This document shows, piece after piece, positions 63,959 through 64,000 of a stretch of 64,000 nt of DNA; position 1 is the first letter of the stretch, and every line of letters begins with the position of its first letter. The position numbers and the translations under genes are program-made. Origin of the DNA: an uncultured Candidatus Saccharibacteria bacterium (GTDB lineage: Bacteria; Patescibacteriota; Minisyncoccia; UBA6257; JAKLIH01). The notes under the pieces were generated by a model, which was given only the letters and a program-made list of their open reading frames with translations, did not search any database and was not told the origin of the DNA. The stretch spans positions 1,582 through 65,581 of the forward strand of contig CAZUBO010000002.1 in assembly GCA_964618955.1 (NCBI GenBank). The letters run 5' to 3'.

Positions 63959-64000
63959 ATGTTTCAGGGAATAGGAGAAGTATTAAAGAGAAGATTAAAA
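63959..64000 (+). CDS. Start of an unidentified gene (3'-truncated by window edge)
   Basis: ATG 16 nt after the dnaN stop. Only 14 codons are visible (MFQGIGEVLKRRLK). Confidence 0.3.
   Translation, partial: MFQGIGEVLKRRLK

Noticed and set aside
1-64000. The window looks full of fragmented ORFs, which could be read as massive pseudogenisation or poor assembly.
   Set aside because: All breaks are TGA only. Fragments stay in the same frame, the joined products are full-length with intact motifs, and TGAs coincide with conserved Trp positions. This is recoding, not decay.
1-64000. UGA=Gly (translation table 25, SR1/Gracilibacteria code) as the explanation for in-frame TGAs.
   Set aside because: At sites whose residue I can recall with confidence, the homologous residue is Trp or an aromatic, never Gly. 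These sites are the three DnaA N-terminal positions, GlyRS WW/VWEASGH/FGW, MetRS YVW and FWPA, iPGM DG(F/Y/W)G and PNPase FPQ(F/Y)SVGE. A formal codon-assignment computation is still needed.
1-64000. CRISPR arrays, rRNA operons, tmRNA, RNase P RNA, IS elements.
   Set aside because: I scanned the intergenic regions longer than 100 bp by eye. I saw no regularly spaced direct repeats, no rRNA-like or tmRNA-like conserved ends, and no transposase ORF with inverted repeats. Covariance-model searches are needed to be sure.

Overview
This is a visibly AT-rich, very gene-dense chromosomal window with roughly 60 protein genes and 8 tRNAs. I saw no rRNA, CRISPR array, transposase or integrase. It ends in the classic origin neighbourhood: jag-yidC-rnpA-rpmH on the minus strand, then dnaA-dnaN on the plus strand.

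The supplied ORF track is fragmented because TGA is a sense codon here. Joining same-frame ORFs across TGA restores full-length rluD, rplS, uvrC, gpmI, glyQS, metG, pnp, dnaA and many others. These TGAs fall on invariant Trp positions in DnaA, GlyRS and MetRS. I therefore annotated with a table-4-like code (UGA=Trp). Every inferred gene stops at TAA or TAG. I hand-translated the gaps between fragments and found no TAA or TAG.

Besides housekeeping genes, the window contains:
- An 8-gene surface-glycan operon (20148-29978), bracketed by tRNA-Pro and tRNA-Leu.
- A GT2 plus giant polytopic membrane protein pair (6845-9605).
- Three paralogous type IV pilin-like proteins fused to LamG/concanavalin-type lectin domains (31233, 35771, 40768). 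Their 5' two-thirds are nearly identical, and they differ in a localized hypervariable segment.
- A tightly packed 8-gene type IV secretion-like operon (48878-58212) with no relaxase, coupling protein or integrase in view. Its genes are a LysM-M23 hydrolase, a VirB6-like protein, an unknown, a PrgI/VirB3-like protein, a VirB4 split into two genes, an unknown membrane protein, and a VirB2-like pilin fused to a Cys-rich LAS-peptidase-like domain.

Other oddities:
- A genomically encoded tRNA-Ile(UAU).
- Two G+C-richer small ORFs with Shine-Dalgarno sequences next to tRNAs, in a genome whose own genes lack SD sequences.
- A NYN-domain gene inserted between rpmH and dnaA.
- A DUF4143 ATPase cassette between smpB and rpsO.
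- A short UvrC lacking the C-terminal HhH domain.

The lineage cannot be assigned from this window. The gene content suggests a small-genome, cell-walled, piliated bacterium (Patescibacteria/CPR-like) rather than a mollicute.
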